Source: Candidatus Parcubacteria bacterium
Lineage (GTDB): Bacteria; Patescibacteriota; Patescibacteriia; Patescibacteriales; UBA12465
Direction: 5' to 3'
Assembly (NCBI GenBank): GCA_023444045.1
Contig: JAEZRQ010000006.1
Location: 177,786-241,785 of the forward strand
Length of the DNA stretch: 64,000 nt
Numbering within the stretch: the stretch's first letter is position 1; every line of letters begins with the position of its first letter. A program made the translations under genes and the position numbers. Below are positions 15,313-23,502 of the stretch, piece by piece. The notes under the pieces were generated by a model, which saw nothing but the letters and a program-made list of their open reading frames with translations, was not told the origin of the DNA and did no database searches.

Positions 15313-16584
15313 ATGAAAATTATCCACTTAGAATCAGAAGAACAACTTAACCTACTACTTAAAGAAAATAAGTTTTTAGTTTTAGATTTTTATTCTACCG
15401 AATGTCCGCCTTGTGAAAAATTAGCACCGCTTTATGAAAAGATGGCTGATTTATTTAATGAGGTGCAATTTGTTAAGGTCTTTCGGCAAGAGTATCGGCA
15501 ACTCGCGGAATCTTTAGAGGTTAGTGCTTCACCCTCAGTTTTATTTTTTAAAGAAGGTGAAGTTCAAGCTAAGCGCCTTGTAGGTTATATCGAGGAGGCA
15601 GATTTATTTAATTGGCTGCAAACTAATACTGATAATCTTGGTACCTTACCTCAAGAGAAAGAAGTTGAGACTTATGATTTAGCGGTTATTGGCAATGGCC
15701 CCGCTGGTATGTCAGCCGCTGTTTATGCTGCTCGTTATAAAGTTCATCAGATCTTAATCGGTGATTTACCGGGGGGACTAATGACTTCATCGCACAAAAT
15801 TTGTAATTATCCGCCGGAAACAGAAATTTCTGGTTTTGATTTAACTCAGAAAATGGCTAAACACGTTGATGACTTAGGAGTGCCCCAGAAACTAGCTCGG
15901 GTAGACGAAATTAAACACTTAGAAAATTTATATCACTTAAAGTTATCTAACGGCGAAACGGTTAGGGCTAAAACTATTTTACTGGCCACCGGTACTAAGC
16001 ATCGCCATTTGGGACTAGCTAGTGAAGAGGCTCTAGTGGGGCGAGGTGTTTCTTATTGTGCCACTTGTGATGGAATGTTTTATGCTAATAAAACGGTCGC
16101 GGTTATTGGTGGTAGTGATAGCGCTAATACTGCCGCTTTATATCTTTCTCAAGTCGCTACTAAGGTCTATCAAATTTATCGTGGCGAAAAGTTACGCGGC
16201 GAAGTAGCTTGGATTGACCAAATTAAAGCTAATAGAAAGATTGAGGTCTTGTATAATACGCAAGTAACAGAAATTTTAGGCGAACAAAAAGTTAGCGGTC
16301 TTAAAATTGATAAACCGTATCAAGAAAAAACTGAACTGACCCTTGATGGTATTTTTGTGGAAGTTGGCTCAGAACCAGAACAGGCTTTGATTCAGCAGCT
16401 AGGGTTAGAGACAGATGAATCTGGTTATATTAAAACTAACCCTAACCAGAGTACTAGTTTGGAAGGTGTTTGGGCGGCGGGTGATATTACCACTAACTCT
16501 GATTATTTTAAGCAAATTGTCACCGCTGAGTCAGAAGGGGCTGTTGCCGCCGCTTCTATTTATAAATATTTACAAGTAAACTGA
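15313..16584 (+). CDS. trxB: Thioredoxin-thioredoxin reductase fusion (N-terminal Trx domain plus TrxB)
   Basis: The first ~105 aa carry a CPPC thioredoxin-type motif (DFYSTECPPCEKLAP). After that come the FAD motif GNGPAGMSAA, the redox-active CATCDG and the NADPH motif GGSDSA. Confidence 0.85.
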   Translation: MKIIHLESEEQLNLLLKENKFLVLDFYSTECPPCEKLAPLYEKMADLFNEVQFVKVFRQEYRQLAESLEVSASPSVLFFKEGEVQAKRLVGYIEEADLFNWLQTNTDNLGTLPQEKEVETYDLAVIGNGPAGMSAAVYAARYKVHQILIGDLPGGLMTSSHKICNYPPETEISGFDLTQKMAKHVDDLGVPQKLARVDEIKHLENLYHLKLSNGETVRAKTILLATGTKHRHLGLASEEALVGRGVSYCATCDGMFYANKTVAVIGGSDSANTAALYLSQVATKVYQIYRGEKLRGEVAWIDQIKANRKIEVLYNTQVTEILGEQKVSGLKIDKPYQEKTELTLDGIFVEVGSEPEQALIQQLGLETDESGYIKTNPNQSTSLEGVWAAGDITTNSDYFKQIVTAESEGAVAAASIYKYLQVN

Positions 16585-16585
16585 T

Positions 16586-17923
16586 ATGCTAAAGAATAAT
16601 CAACCGGCCATTATTGTGATTGTTGGTATCTCCGGTGATTTGTCAAAAAGGAAGTTGCTTCCAGCATTGAGTAAAATTGCGGAAGCTGGAGCTTTGCCAG
16701 AAAAATATCAAATTATTGGGGTAACTAGAAAGATTAATACTGCCATATCAGAGTTACTTGGTAAAACTCATAATCCAGATTTAATTAAAGATAATTTGTC
16801 TTTATTTGAAATGGATCTCACGAGCCAAGCAGACTATTTAAGATTAAAAGAACATCTTCAGAAAGTAGAGCAGGAATTTGGCAAGGCGGCACAACGCTTA
16901 TTTTATCTTTCGGTGCCGCCGCAAATCTCCGGTTCTATTATTGAGTCTTTAGGCTTATCCGGACTTTCTCAGGTAGATGACACTAAATTACTTCTAGAAA
17001 AACCTTTCGGGGTTGATTTAGCTAGTGCTAAGGAATTAACCGAAAATATTAATCTTTATTTTAAGCCGGAACAGGTTTACCGGATTGACCATTATCTGGC
17101 CAAAGAAACAGTACAGAACTTATTAGTTTTTCGTCGAGACAATTCTTTATTTAGAAGAACTTGGAATAAAGATTTTATTGAAAAAATTGAAATCATCGCT
17201 CAAGAGAAAATTGGCATTGAGGGGCGGGCGGTATTTTACGAACAGACTGGCGCCTTGCGTGATTTAGTGCAAAGCCATTTATTACAATTAGCTGCTTTGG
17301 TGTTAATGAATTTACCGGAGGCCGAGAATTGGTCTTTAGTGCCAAGGGCTCGCTATGAAGCCTTAAGCAAATTAAGCCTGCCATCAGCTCCAGTGACTGA
17401 TAATGTAATTAGGGGGCAGTACTTAGGTTATCAAGCTGAAGTTAATAATATTGGCAGTCAAGTAGAGACCTTTGTTTCTTTAAATTTATTTTCTAGTGAT
17501 CCTCGGTGGCAAGGTGTTCCAATTACTCTAACTACTGGGAAAGCGCTTGATGCTAAATTTGTTGGGGTGAAGATTTATTATAAAAAGGATCATGACAATG
17601 AAGCTAGTGAATTAGTTTTAAGACTGCAGCCCAACGAGGGGGTGGACTTATATCTCTGGTCTAAAAAACCAGGCTATGATTTTCAGGTGGATAAGCACAC
17701 TTTGAAGTTCAATTTTGGTGAACACTATCAGTCCTTTCCAGAAGCTTACGAACAGGTTTTGTTTAATGCCATTAATTCTGACCACAGCCTTTTTGCCTCT
17801 AGTGAAGAGATTTTAGAGTCCTGGCGCATCATTGATGTAATTCAAAAAGCTTGGCAGATGTCAGCTGACGACCTTTTGACTTATGAGCCAGGAGACAGTA
17901 TCTCAAAAATTTTAAGTAATTAA
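16586..17923 (+). CDS. zwf: Glucose-6-phosphate 1-dehydrogenase
   Basis: GISGDLSKRKLLPAL (NADP site), EKPFG and RIDHYLAKE signature motifs. Confidence 0.9.
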   Translation: MLKNNQPAIIVIVGISGDLSKRKLLPALSKIAEAGALPEKYQIIGVTRKINTAISELLGKTHNPDLIKDNLSLFEMDLTSQADYLRLKEHLQKVEQEFGKAAQRLFYLSVPPQISGSIIESLGLSGLSQVDDTKLLLEKPFGVDLASAKELTENINLYFKPEQVYRIDHYLAKETVQNLLVFRRDNSLFRRTWNKDFIEKIEIIAQEKIGIEGRAVFYEQTGALRDLVQSHLLQLAALVLMNLPEAENWSLVPRARYEALSKLSLPSAPVTDNVIRGQYLGYQAEVNNIGSQVETFVSLNLFSSDPRWQGVPITLTTGKALDAKFVGVKIYYKKDHDNEASELVLRLQPNEGVDLYLWSKKPGYDFQVDKHTLKFNFGEHYQSFPEAYEQVLFNAINSDHSLFASSEEILESWRIIDVIQKAWQMSADDLLTYEPGDSISKILSN

Positions 17924-18019
17924 AGCTTTTTCTTAAAGTATTGACTAAAATGAATTATTGTTGTATGGTTGTTTTTAGTAAACCGTAAATTAATAACTTA
18001 AAATAGGAGGTCACGAATC

Positions 18020-19264
18020 ATGGAAAGAAAAAATGAGTTAATAGACTTTAAACTTTTGTTAGAAATTGGCTCAGAGTATCAAGTGCAAAAAGCGCTGTGT
18101 CGGATGTCTCAGAGTAATCAGATTCAGGCCCACCGGGCTTGTCTTGAAACTCAGAAGCCGTACTTGGAGAAGGCGGTTTTTGCCTTAACAAAAGATATCC
18201 TGCCTGAGACAGTATTAGAAGGGTTTGATTTTTTAATGAGCCTTCAGGCATCGTATAAAGACAAAGTCAGGGCTTATTCAAGACAGTTGCTTGAGGGTCT
18301 TGATAGCAAAGATCTGGCAAAAAAAACCGAAAAGCTGTTTTTTTACCTGGACAGTCCTTGTCCGCTGATTAGGTATTTGGCTGAGGAATTATTAAAAAAG
18401 ATATCTCCCTGTGATTTAAATATTGGGGTAGTAGAAAAACACTACATATTTTATCGCAGCGATGCTTCCCGGGTGGCACGAGATTTGATAGTTAAAATTA
18501 TTAAGTCTTGGGATTTGCCGGAGATGATTAATAATTTTTCTTATCTGCTCACTTTTCAAAGTGCCGTTGATAAAGAAATTAAAGAGCTTGGTGATTTGGG
18601 AGTCTTGAAGGTGATGGAAGGGTGGCCGGTTCACCGCTTAGCCAAAGAACTTGGTAATTTGATGGCTTTTGAGAAGTCAGAAAATTATGAGATTTTTGAG
18701 CTATCGGCAAAATTAGCTCTGCGGGTTCTCTTTGAAAGGGAAACGGCTGATAATAAACAGTTTCTTAATTATCTGGCCGCTTTGCAAAAGTCAGTGGATG
18801 AGCAGACACTGAGAATCTCTGAAGCTTTAGCTTTGGATATTCTGATGGATGTTTCCGAAGATCTACTGTTTGAAAAAAGGGATTTTTTGATTTTATGCCA
18901 AGAATCAAAGCACTCCTTGATTCGTAGAAGATCGTTGGTCTTATTGGACCGGATTCCGGTAACAATGTTTGCTGATTACACCGAAGAGCTGCTTGCCTAC
19001 TATAAAATAGGCAGATACTCTCTGAGAAAAACAGTGCGGCGAATACTATACCGCATTGATTCTGGTAAGTTTGTTCCAATTTTAGATAAGTTACTGGAAG
19101 CCCAAAGGTCGGTGGATCATGATTACCGGGAACTCAATGCCAGTTTGGCTCTGCGCATCGGCACCTGGCAGTTGGTTGAGCACAAGGATTATCTCAGAGA
19201 GATGAGAGATTCCAAGCTCATTAATGTTGCTACTCTCGCCGAAGAGCTTTATGCTAAGGTCTAA
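18020..19264 (+). CDS. Hypothetical protein (414 aa), HEAT/armadillo-like helical repeats
   Basis: Strong RBS (AGGAGG). Recurrent helical-repeat patterns such as LDSPCPLIRYLAEELLKKI and SKHSLIRRRSLVLLDRI. The region looks more GC-rich than its neighbours, and many antisense shadow ORFs appear in it. Confidence 0.55.
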   Translation: MERKNELIDFKLLLEIGSEYQVQKALCRMSQSNQIQAHRACLETQKPYLEKAVFALTKDILPETVLEGFDFLMSLQASYKDKVRAYSRQLLEGLDSKDLAKKTEKLFFYLDSPCPLIRYLAEELLKKISPCDLNIGVVEKHYIFYRSDASRVARDLIVKIIKSWDLPEMINNFSYLLTFQSAVDKEIKELGDLGVLKVMEGWPVHRLAKELGNLMAFEKSENYEIFELSAKLALRVLFERETADNKQFLNYLAALQKSVDEQTLRISEALALDILMDVSEDLLFEKRDFLILCQESKHSLIRRRSLVLLDRIPVTMFADYTEELLAYYKIGRYSLRKTVRRILYRIDSGKFVPILDKLLEAQRSVDHDYRELNASLALRIGTWQLVEHKDYLREMRDSKLINVATLAEELYAKV

Positions 19265-19287
19265 AGTTTAATGGCAAAAAATAAAAA

Positions 19288-19321
19288 AGAAGGGGATTCA
19301 TAACGAATCACCCTTTTTTTG
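19288..19321 (+). terminator. Rho-independent terminator
   Basis: AAGGGGATTC-ataac-GAATCACCCTT followed by TTTTTT. Confidence 0.7.
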
Positions 19322-19377
19322 TAAATTTAGGATTAATTCATCTGCTATTTGCTATATTTTGTTTATTATAATTTTAA

Positions 19378-19421
19378 TTGACAGGTAAAAAGTATTGTTA
19401 TAATATAACAATATTGTTATA
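19378..19421 (+). promoter_or_regulatory. Promoter with a perfect 19-bp palindromic operator and a third half-site
   Basis: TTGACA (19378-19383). ATTGTTATA-A-TATAACAAT (19394-19412) is a perfect palindrome containing TATAAT (19399-19404). A direct repeat of the half-site ATTGTTATA follows at 19413-19421. Confidence 0.6.
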
Positions 19422-19450
19422 CTTAAGTAGATAAATGGAAGTTGAGTATT

Positions 19451-19768
19451 ATGAAACACCAAGAGTTAAAAAATAAATTGTTAAGTAACAAAAAGATTGC
19501 CTTAGAATATTCTCAAGTGGATTTATCTTACGAAATTGGGCGTACCATTAAAGAACTTAGGATTAAAAGTGGGTTTACTCAGTTGGAATTGGCTTCTAAA
19601 ATAAATACTAAACAATCTAGTATTGCTAGATTAGAAAATGGTAGCGCCGGCTTGCCTAGTCTTAGCTTTTTACTAAAAATAGCTCAGGTTACTGGTCATA
19701 AAATGGAGATGCCAAGATTTTCGGCTAAAATAAGTCTTAAAGAAGCTAATTGTTTGACAAAACAATAA
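19451..19768 (+). CDS. XRE-family helix-turn-helix transcriptional regulator
   Basis: LRIKSGFTQLELASKINTKQSSIARLENG is a classic HTH_3 pattern. I prefer the ATG at 19451 to the TTG at 19442. Confidence 0.8.
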   Translation: MKHQELKNKLLSNKKIALEYSQVDLSYEIGRTIKELRIKSGFTQLELASKINTKQSSIARLENGSAGLPSLSFLLKIAQVTGHKMEMPRFSAKISLKEANCLTKQ

Positions 19769-19817
19769 AAATTGTGTATATTAAGTTAACTTAACTTAAT
19801 TAAAATTAGTTAAAAAT

Positions 19818-20501
19818 ATGAGCATGATGCAAGACGGTAAAGCTTTTGAAAGAGAGGCCCTAGGGGTAGCTGATTTAGAGAAGGAAAAAGCTTTAATTAA
19901 CCCATATCTAAGAGAAATGCTTAGAGGCCAGATGTATCGCGGCTACAGCGAAGAAGCGGTTAGACGTCTTCATGCGGCCCATCCAGAAGAAAAGGCTGTC
20001 TTTGACAAAAAATTAGAGGGGTTAGTTGTTAAAGAATTTAAAGATAATCACCACTCTCAGGTTTTAGATAAGGAGAAAGCTTTCATGATTATTTGTCAGG
20101 CGCAACCCAAAGAACGTGAACCGCTAGCTGATGACTTATATAACACTATTGCCATAGAGTTGGATCTAGAAGATATTGACGAAAATGAAGATTATACGGA
20201 TTTAAAATTCTATACCGCGGTTGATTCTAAGTTAGACGGTATTTTTGGTGTAGATGCTTTTTTCATCTACAATTATACTAACCCAGAAACTAAAGAGCAG
20301 GAGGAAATCAGAGTAACGATTGATGTAACCACTAATCCAGCAAAGTTTAAATCTAACTCTGAATTAATTCTTCATTTTCATTCTGGAGATAGCGAAAGCA
20401 GAAAACAGTGGAAAGAACCGGTCGCTCAGTATGGCAAGGAAATTGCCGATAAAATTAAACAAAAAATAGTACAAATAGAAAACAACAAGATAAAAAAATA
20501 A
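19818..20501 (+). CDS. Hypothetical protein (227 aa)
   Basis: ORF track. The N-terminal motif F-x-x-x-ALGV is shared with the next ORF. No family recognised. Confidence 0.6.
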   Translation: MSMMQDGKAFEREALGVADLEKEKALINPYLREMLRGQMYRGYSEEAVRRLHAAHPEEKAVFDKKLEGLVVKEFKDNHHSQVLDKEKAFMIICQAQPKEREPLADDLYNTIAIELDLEDIDENEDYTDLKFYTAVDSKLDGIFGVDAFFIYNYTNPETKEQEEIRVTIDVTTNPAKFKSNSELILHFHSGDSESRKQWKEPVAQYGKEIADKIKQKIVQIENNKIKK

Positions 20502-20505
20502 AAAG

Positions 20506-20826
20506 ATGGAAACAGAAAGAGATTTTAAGGCCAAAGCCCTAGGGGTTGTTGGTCAAGAACAGAAATTAAAAGCCGACTTTAGTCACGAAGCCTCCAAGCA
20601 AAAAATACTGGAGACTTTAGAAAATGAAAGAGTTGGCCTGGTGATGTTTTGCCGCGGCTGTGGCAGTTATCACGGAGTTAAGAAGGCCTATATTGAATCG
20701 GCGGAGAAAATCTTGGAACGAAAAATCGTTTCGACCGAGGAATACGCTGAAACTTTTTCCTGCGCGCTTTGTGACAGCCAGGACGATAGAACCGGGTTTA
20801 AAAAAATTTCTGACTTAAAAAGTTAA
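20506..20826 (+). CDS. Hypothetical zinc-ribbon protein (106 aa)
   Basis: CRGC ... CALC form two CxxC pairs. The N-terminus (DFKAKALGVVGQEQKLKA) resembles that of the preceding ORF. Confidence 0.55.
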   Translation: METERDFKAKALGVVGQEQKLKADFSHEASKQKILETLENERVGLVMFCRGCGSYHGVKKAYIESAEKILERKIVSTEEYAETFSCALCDSQDDRTGFKKISDLKS

Positions 20827-20846
20827 AAAAATATAAAAAAGAAGGG

Positions 20847-20873
20847 AAGAGACTTATAAAGAGTCTCTTTTTC
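20847..20873 (+). terminator. Rho-independent terminator
   Basis: AAGAGACT-tataaag-AGTCTCTT followed by TTT. Confidence 0.7.
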
Positions 20874-20882
20874 TTTAGTAAA

Positions 20883-20923
20883 TTTGACACTATTTGACAC
20901 CTAATGACACCATAATATATAAT
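20883..20923 (+). promoter_or_regulatory. Three helically phased 10-bp repeats (TTTGACAC, TTTGACAC, AATGACAC) overlapping a promoter
   Basis: The repeats lie at 20883-20890, 20893-20900 and 20903-20910. TTGACA (20894-20899), an 18-nt spacer, then TATAAT (20918-20923). Confidence 0.5.
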
Positions 20924-20929
20924 ATTATT

Positions 20930-21178
20930 ATGAGTGAAGAAATAAAACCGCACGCTGTTTATACGACTGGTGAAACCGAAAAAATACTGAAGATTAGCAA
21001 TAGCACTATGAAGCGCTTAATTAAAAGTGGCATGATTAAGGCTAATAAAATAGGTAAGCAGTATCGTATTCTAGGGCTGGAAATCCTACGCTTGCTGTCT
21101 CCAGAAATTGAGGAAAAGGCTGTGGAGGCTTATTTGAGTTTAAAAAATAAAGTTATTGATAAAACAAAAGAGTGGTAG
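20930..21178 (+). CDS. Excisionase-family HTH DNA-binding protein (82 aa)
   Basis: TTGETEKILKISNSTMKRLIKSGMIKANKIGKQYRI matches the HTH_17 pattern. I prefer the ATG at 20930 to the TTG at 20894. Confidence 0.7.
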   Translation: MSEEIKPHAVYTTGETEKILKISNSTMKRLIKSGMIKANKIGKQYRILGLEILRLLSPEIEEKAVEAYLSLKNKVIDKTKEW

Positions 21179-21188
21179 ACTCTTTTTT
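21166..21188 (+). terminator. Rho-independent terminator overlapping the stop codon
   Basis: AAAGAGT-ggtag-ACTCTTT followed by TTT. Confidence 0.55.
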
Positions 21189-21201
21189 AATTAGAGAAAA
21201 A

Positions 21202-22488
21202 ATGGTGGACGCAATGTTTAATAAAATTAATCGCTTTATTCCCGAAAAATGGCAGTGGGTATTAAACCACGGCGGTTTTCGTAGATACTTTAAAAATACT
21301 GGCTGGATGTTTTTAGGACAAGTTATTTCTCTTACCCTGTCTTTTTTTATTGGCGTCTGGTTGGCAAGATATTTGGGTCCGGAAAATTTTGGAATAATTA
21401 GTTACGTAATTGCCTTTGCTGGTCTATTTTCTTTCATTGCTAGTTTAGGGGTTGATGGAATTTTGAATAGGGAATTAGTAGCTCATCCAGAGAAACGTGA
21501 TGAACTTATGGGTACAGCTTTTAGGCTGAAGCTTATTGGTGGCTTCTTGTCTTTTTTTGTTACCGTTATTGCTGCTTTCGTTTTCGAGTCATCCTGGTTG
21601 ATAAGAAACTTAATTACCTTGTATTCCTTGGTATTCGTCATGCAGGCAATCAATGTTATTTCTATTTTTTTTCAAGCACAGGTTTTATCAAAAAATAACG
21701 TTCGCGCGGTTTTAATAGCTACGGTGATATCTTCTGTTTTAAAAGTTATTTTAATATTATCAGGAAAGGGTATTATCTGGCTGGTTTTAATCTATTTTTT
21801 AGATTCAGTTTGGCAGGGCCTTGGGTATATTCTCGCTTATAGAAGGTATAAATTAAAAATCATAAATTGGAAATACAATAAAGAGCTAGCGCATAAAATA
21901 ATTAATAGTTCTTGGTTCTTGATGCTGTCTTCCGCGTCTGTCTATATTTATATGAAGGTTGATCAAGTAATGATTAATCATTTTATGGGCGAAAGATTTG
22001 TGGGGCTCTATGCTGCTGCGATTAGGATGGTAGAGGTTTGGTATTTTGTGCCGGTGATAATATGTTCTTCTATTTTTCCGGCGATTATTAACGCCAAAAA
22101 AACTGATAACTTGGTTTACAAAAAGCGTCTTAAAGCCTTATACTTATTAATGGTGGTAATTGCTGTGGCTATTGCTGTCCCCATATCAATCTTGTCGCCT
22201 TGGTTAATTAGTACCTTTTTCGGTTCAGAGTTTTCTGCCTCAGCCCCCATTTTATCTCTGTATATATGGTCCAGTATAGGATTCTTTATCGGTTGGGCAA
22301 TCAATCAGTATTTATTGTCCGAGAATAGAACCAAAGCAACCATGTTTTATAACTTATTTAGTATGATATTAAATATAGTTTTAAATTTTATTTTAATTCC
22401 CAAGTTAGGTTTATTGGGAGCCGCTTGGTCGACTTTAGCTTCTTATTCCTTGGGGCCGGTGTTGATTTTAATACTTAACAAAAAATAA
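21202..22488 (+). CDS. Polysaccharide flippase (Wzx/MOP superfamily)
   Basis: About 12 TM helices and the usual position at the head of a glycan cluster. The ATG at 21202 lies downstream of the terminator. Confidence 0.75.
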   Translation: MVDAMFNKINRFIPEKWQWVLNHGGFRRYFKNTGWMFLGQVISLTLSFFIGVWLARYLGPENFGIISYVIAFAGLFSFIASLGVDGILNRELVAHPEKRDELMGTAFRLKLIGGFLSFFVTVIAAFVFESSWLIRNLITLYSLVFVMQAINVISIFFQAQVLSKNNVRAVLIATVISSVLKVILILSGKGIIWLVLIYFLDSVWQGLGYILAYRRYKLKIINWKYNKELAHKIINSSWFLMLSSASVYIYMKVDQVMINHFMGERFVGLYAAAIRMVEVWYFVPVIICSSIFPAIINAKKTDNLVYKKRLKALYLLMVVIAVAIAVPISILSPWLISTFFGSEFSASAPILSLYIWSSIGFFIGWAINQYLLSENRTKATMFYNLFSMILNIVLNFILIPKLGLLGAAWSTLASYSLGPVLILILNKK

Positions 22489-22490
22489 CT

Positions 22491-23498
22491 ATGTTTCTAT
22501 CTATTTGTATTCCTAATTATAATCGACCCAAAGAGCTTTTAAGACTGTTGAAGACTATTGACGTATCAAATAAAGATTTGATTGAGGTTGTTATATGTGA
22601 AGATAGGAGTCCGATGATGTTAGAAGTTAGAAGCATCGTCAACGAATTCAAAAAAAACTCTAATTATTTAATTAACTATTCAGAAAATGAGTCTAATTTA
22701 GGTTATGATAAAAATATTAGACAATGCATGTTGAATGCAAAGGGGGAGTGGATTGTTTATATGGGGAACGATGATGAATTTGTTCCTGGTTCTCTTGATA
22801 AACTTTTACAGTTTTTAAAAAATAATGACGATTTAGGTTATGTCTTAAAATCCCATTATTATATTCATAAAAATAATAAAAAAGAATTATTTAGGTATTA
22901 CAAAGGGGATACTTTCTTTGATCCAGGGTTTAATGCTTATGTACAAATGTTTCGTAAAAGCGTTTTTATCTCAGGATTTACTATTAAAAGAGATTTGGCC
23001 ACACCTTACTTAAAAGATGATTTTGATGGCACTTTATTGTTTCAATTGTATTTATTGGCTGAAGTCTGCTTGAGATATAAGTCTGCTTACTTTGACACAC
23101 CCTTGACTCAGCAATATGATGAGGGTTTTCCTGAGTTTGGTAATTCTGAGAGCGAGAAAGGTCTTTATACTCCAGGCATTAAAACAGTTGAAAATTCTCT
23201 TTATTTTCTGAAAGGCTATTTTAAGATTACTAGATATATTGATGACTGCCATGGTATAAATAGCACTCATACTATAAAATTAGACATGTCAAAGTATTTT
23301 TATCCAAGCTTAGCCATTCAAAGAGACAAAGGCGTTTTTGTTTTCTTTAAGTATTTTTTAGAATTAAATAAACTTGGATTTAATATAACAATTTATTATT
23401 ATATCTATTTTTTAGCCCTTTTGTTTTTTGGAAGAAATATTTGCGATAATGTTATTAGAATTTTAAAAAATGTTCTAAAAAGAACACCTCATTTATAA
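22491..23498 (+). CDS. Glycosyltransferase family 2
   Basis: LSICIPNYNRP ... VVICEDRS ... GNDDE (DxD-like). Confidence 0.75.
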   Translation: MFLSICIPNYNRPKELLRLLKTIDVSNKDLIEVVICEDRSPMMLEVRSIVNEFKKNSNYLINYSENESNLGYDKNIRQCMLNAKGEWIVYMGNDDEFVPGSLDKLLQFLKNNDDLGYVLKSHYYIHKNNKKELFRYYKGDTFFDPGFNAYVQMFRKSVFISGFTIKRDLATPYLKDDFDGTLLFQLYLLAEVCLRYKSAYFDTPLTQQYDEGFPEFGNSESEKGLYTPGIKTVENSLYFLKGYFKITRYIDDCHGINSTHTIKLDMSKYFYPSLAIQRDKGVFVFFKYFLELNKLGFNITIYYYIYFLALLFFGRNICDNVIRILKNVLKRTPHL

Positions 23499-23502
23499 TT
23501 TT

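Noticed and set aside
16582-16584. Possible alternative genetic code (UGA recoding, as in some CPR lineages)
   Set aside because: TGA terminates well-defined genes at the expected lengths, for example the Trx-TrxR fusion at 16582-16584. Conserved proteins translate uninterrupted under the standard code.
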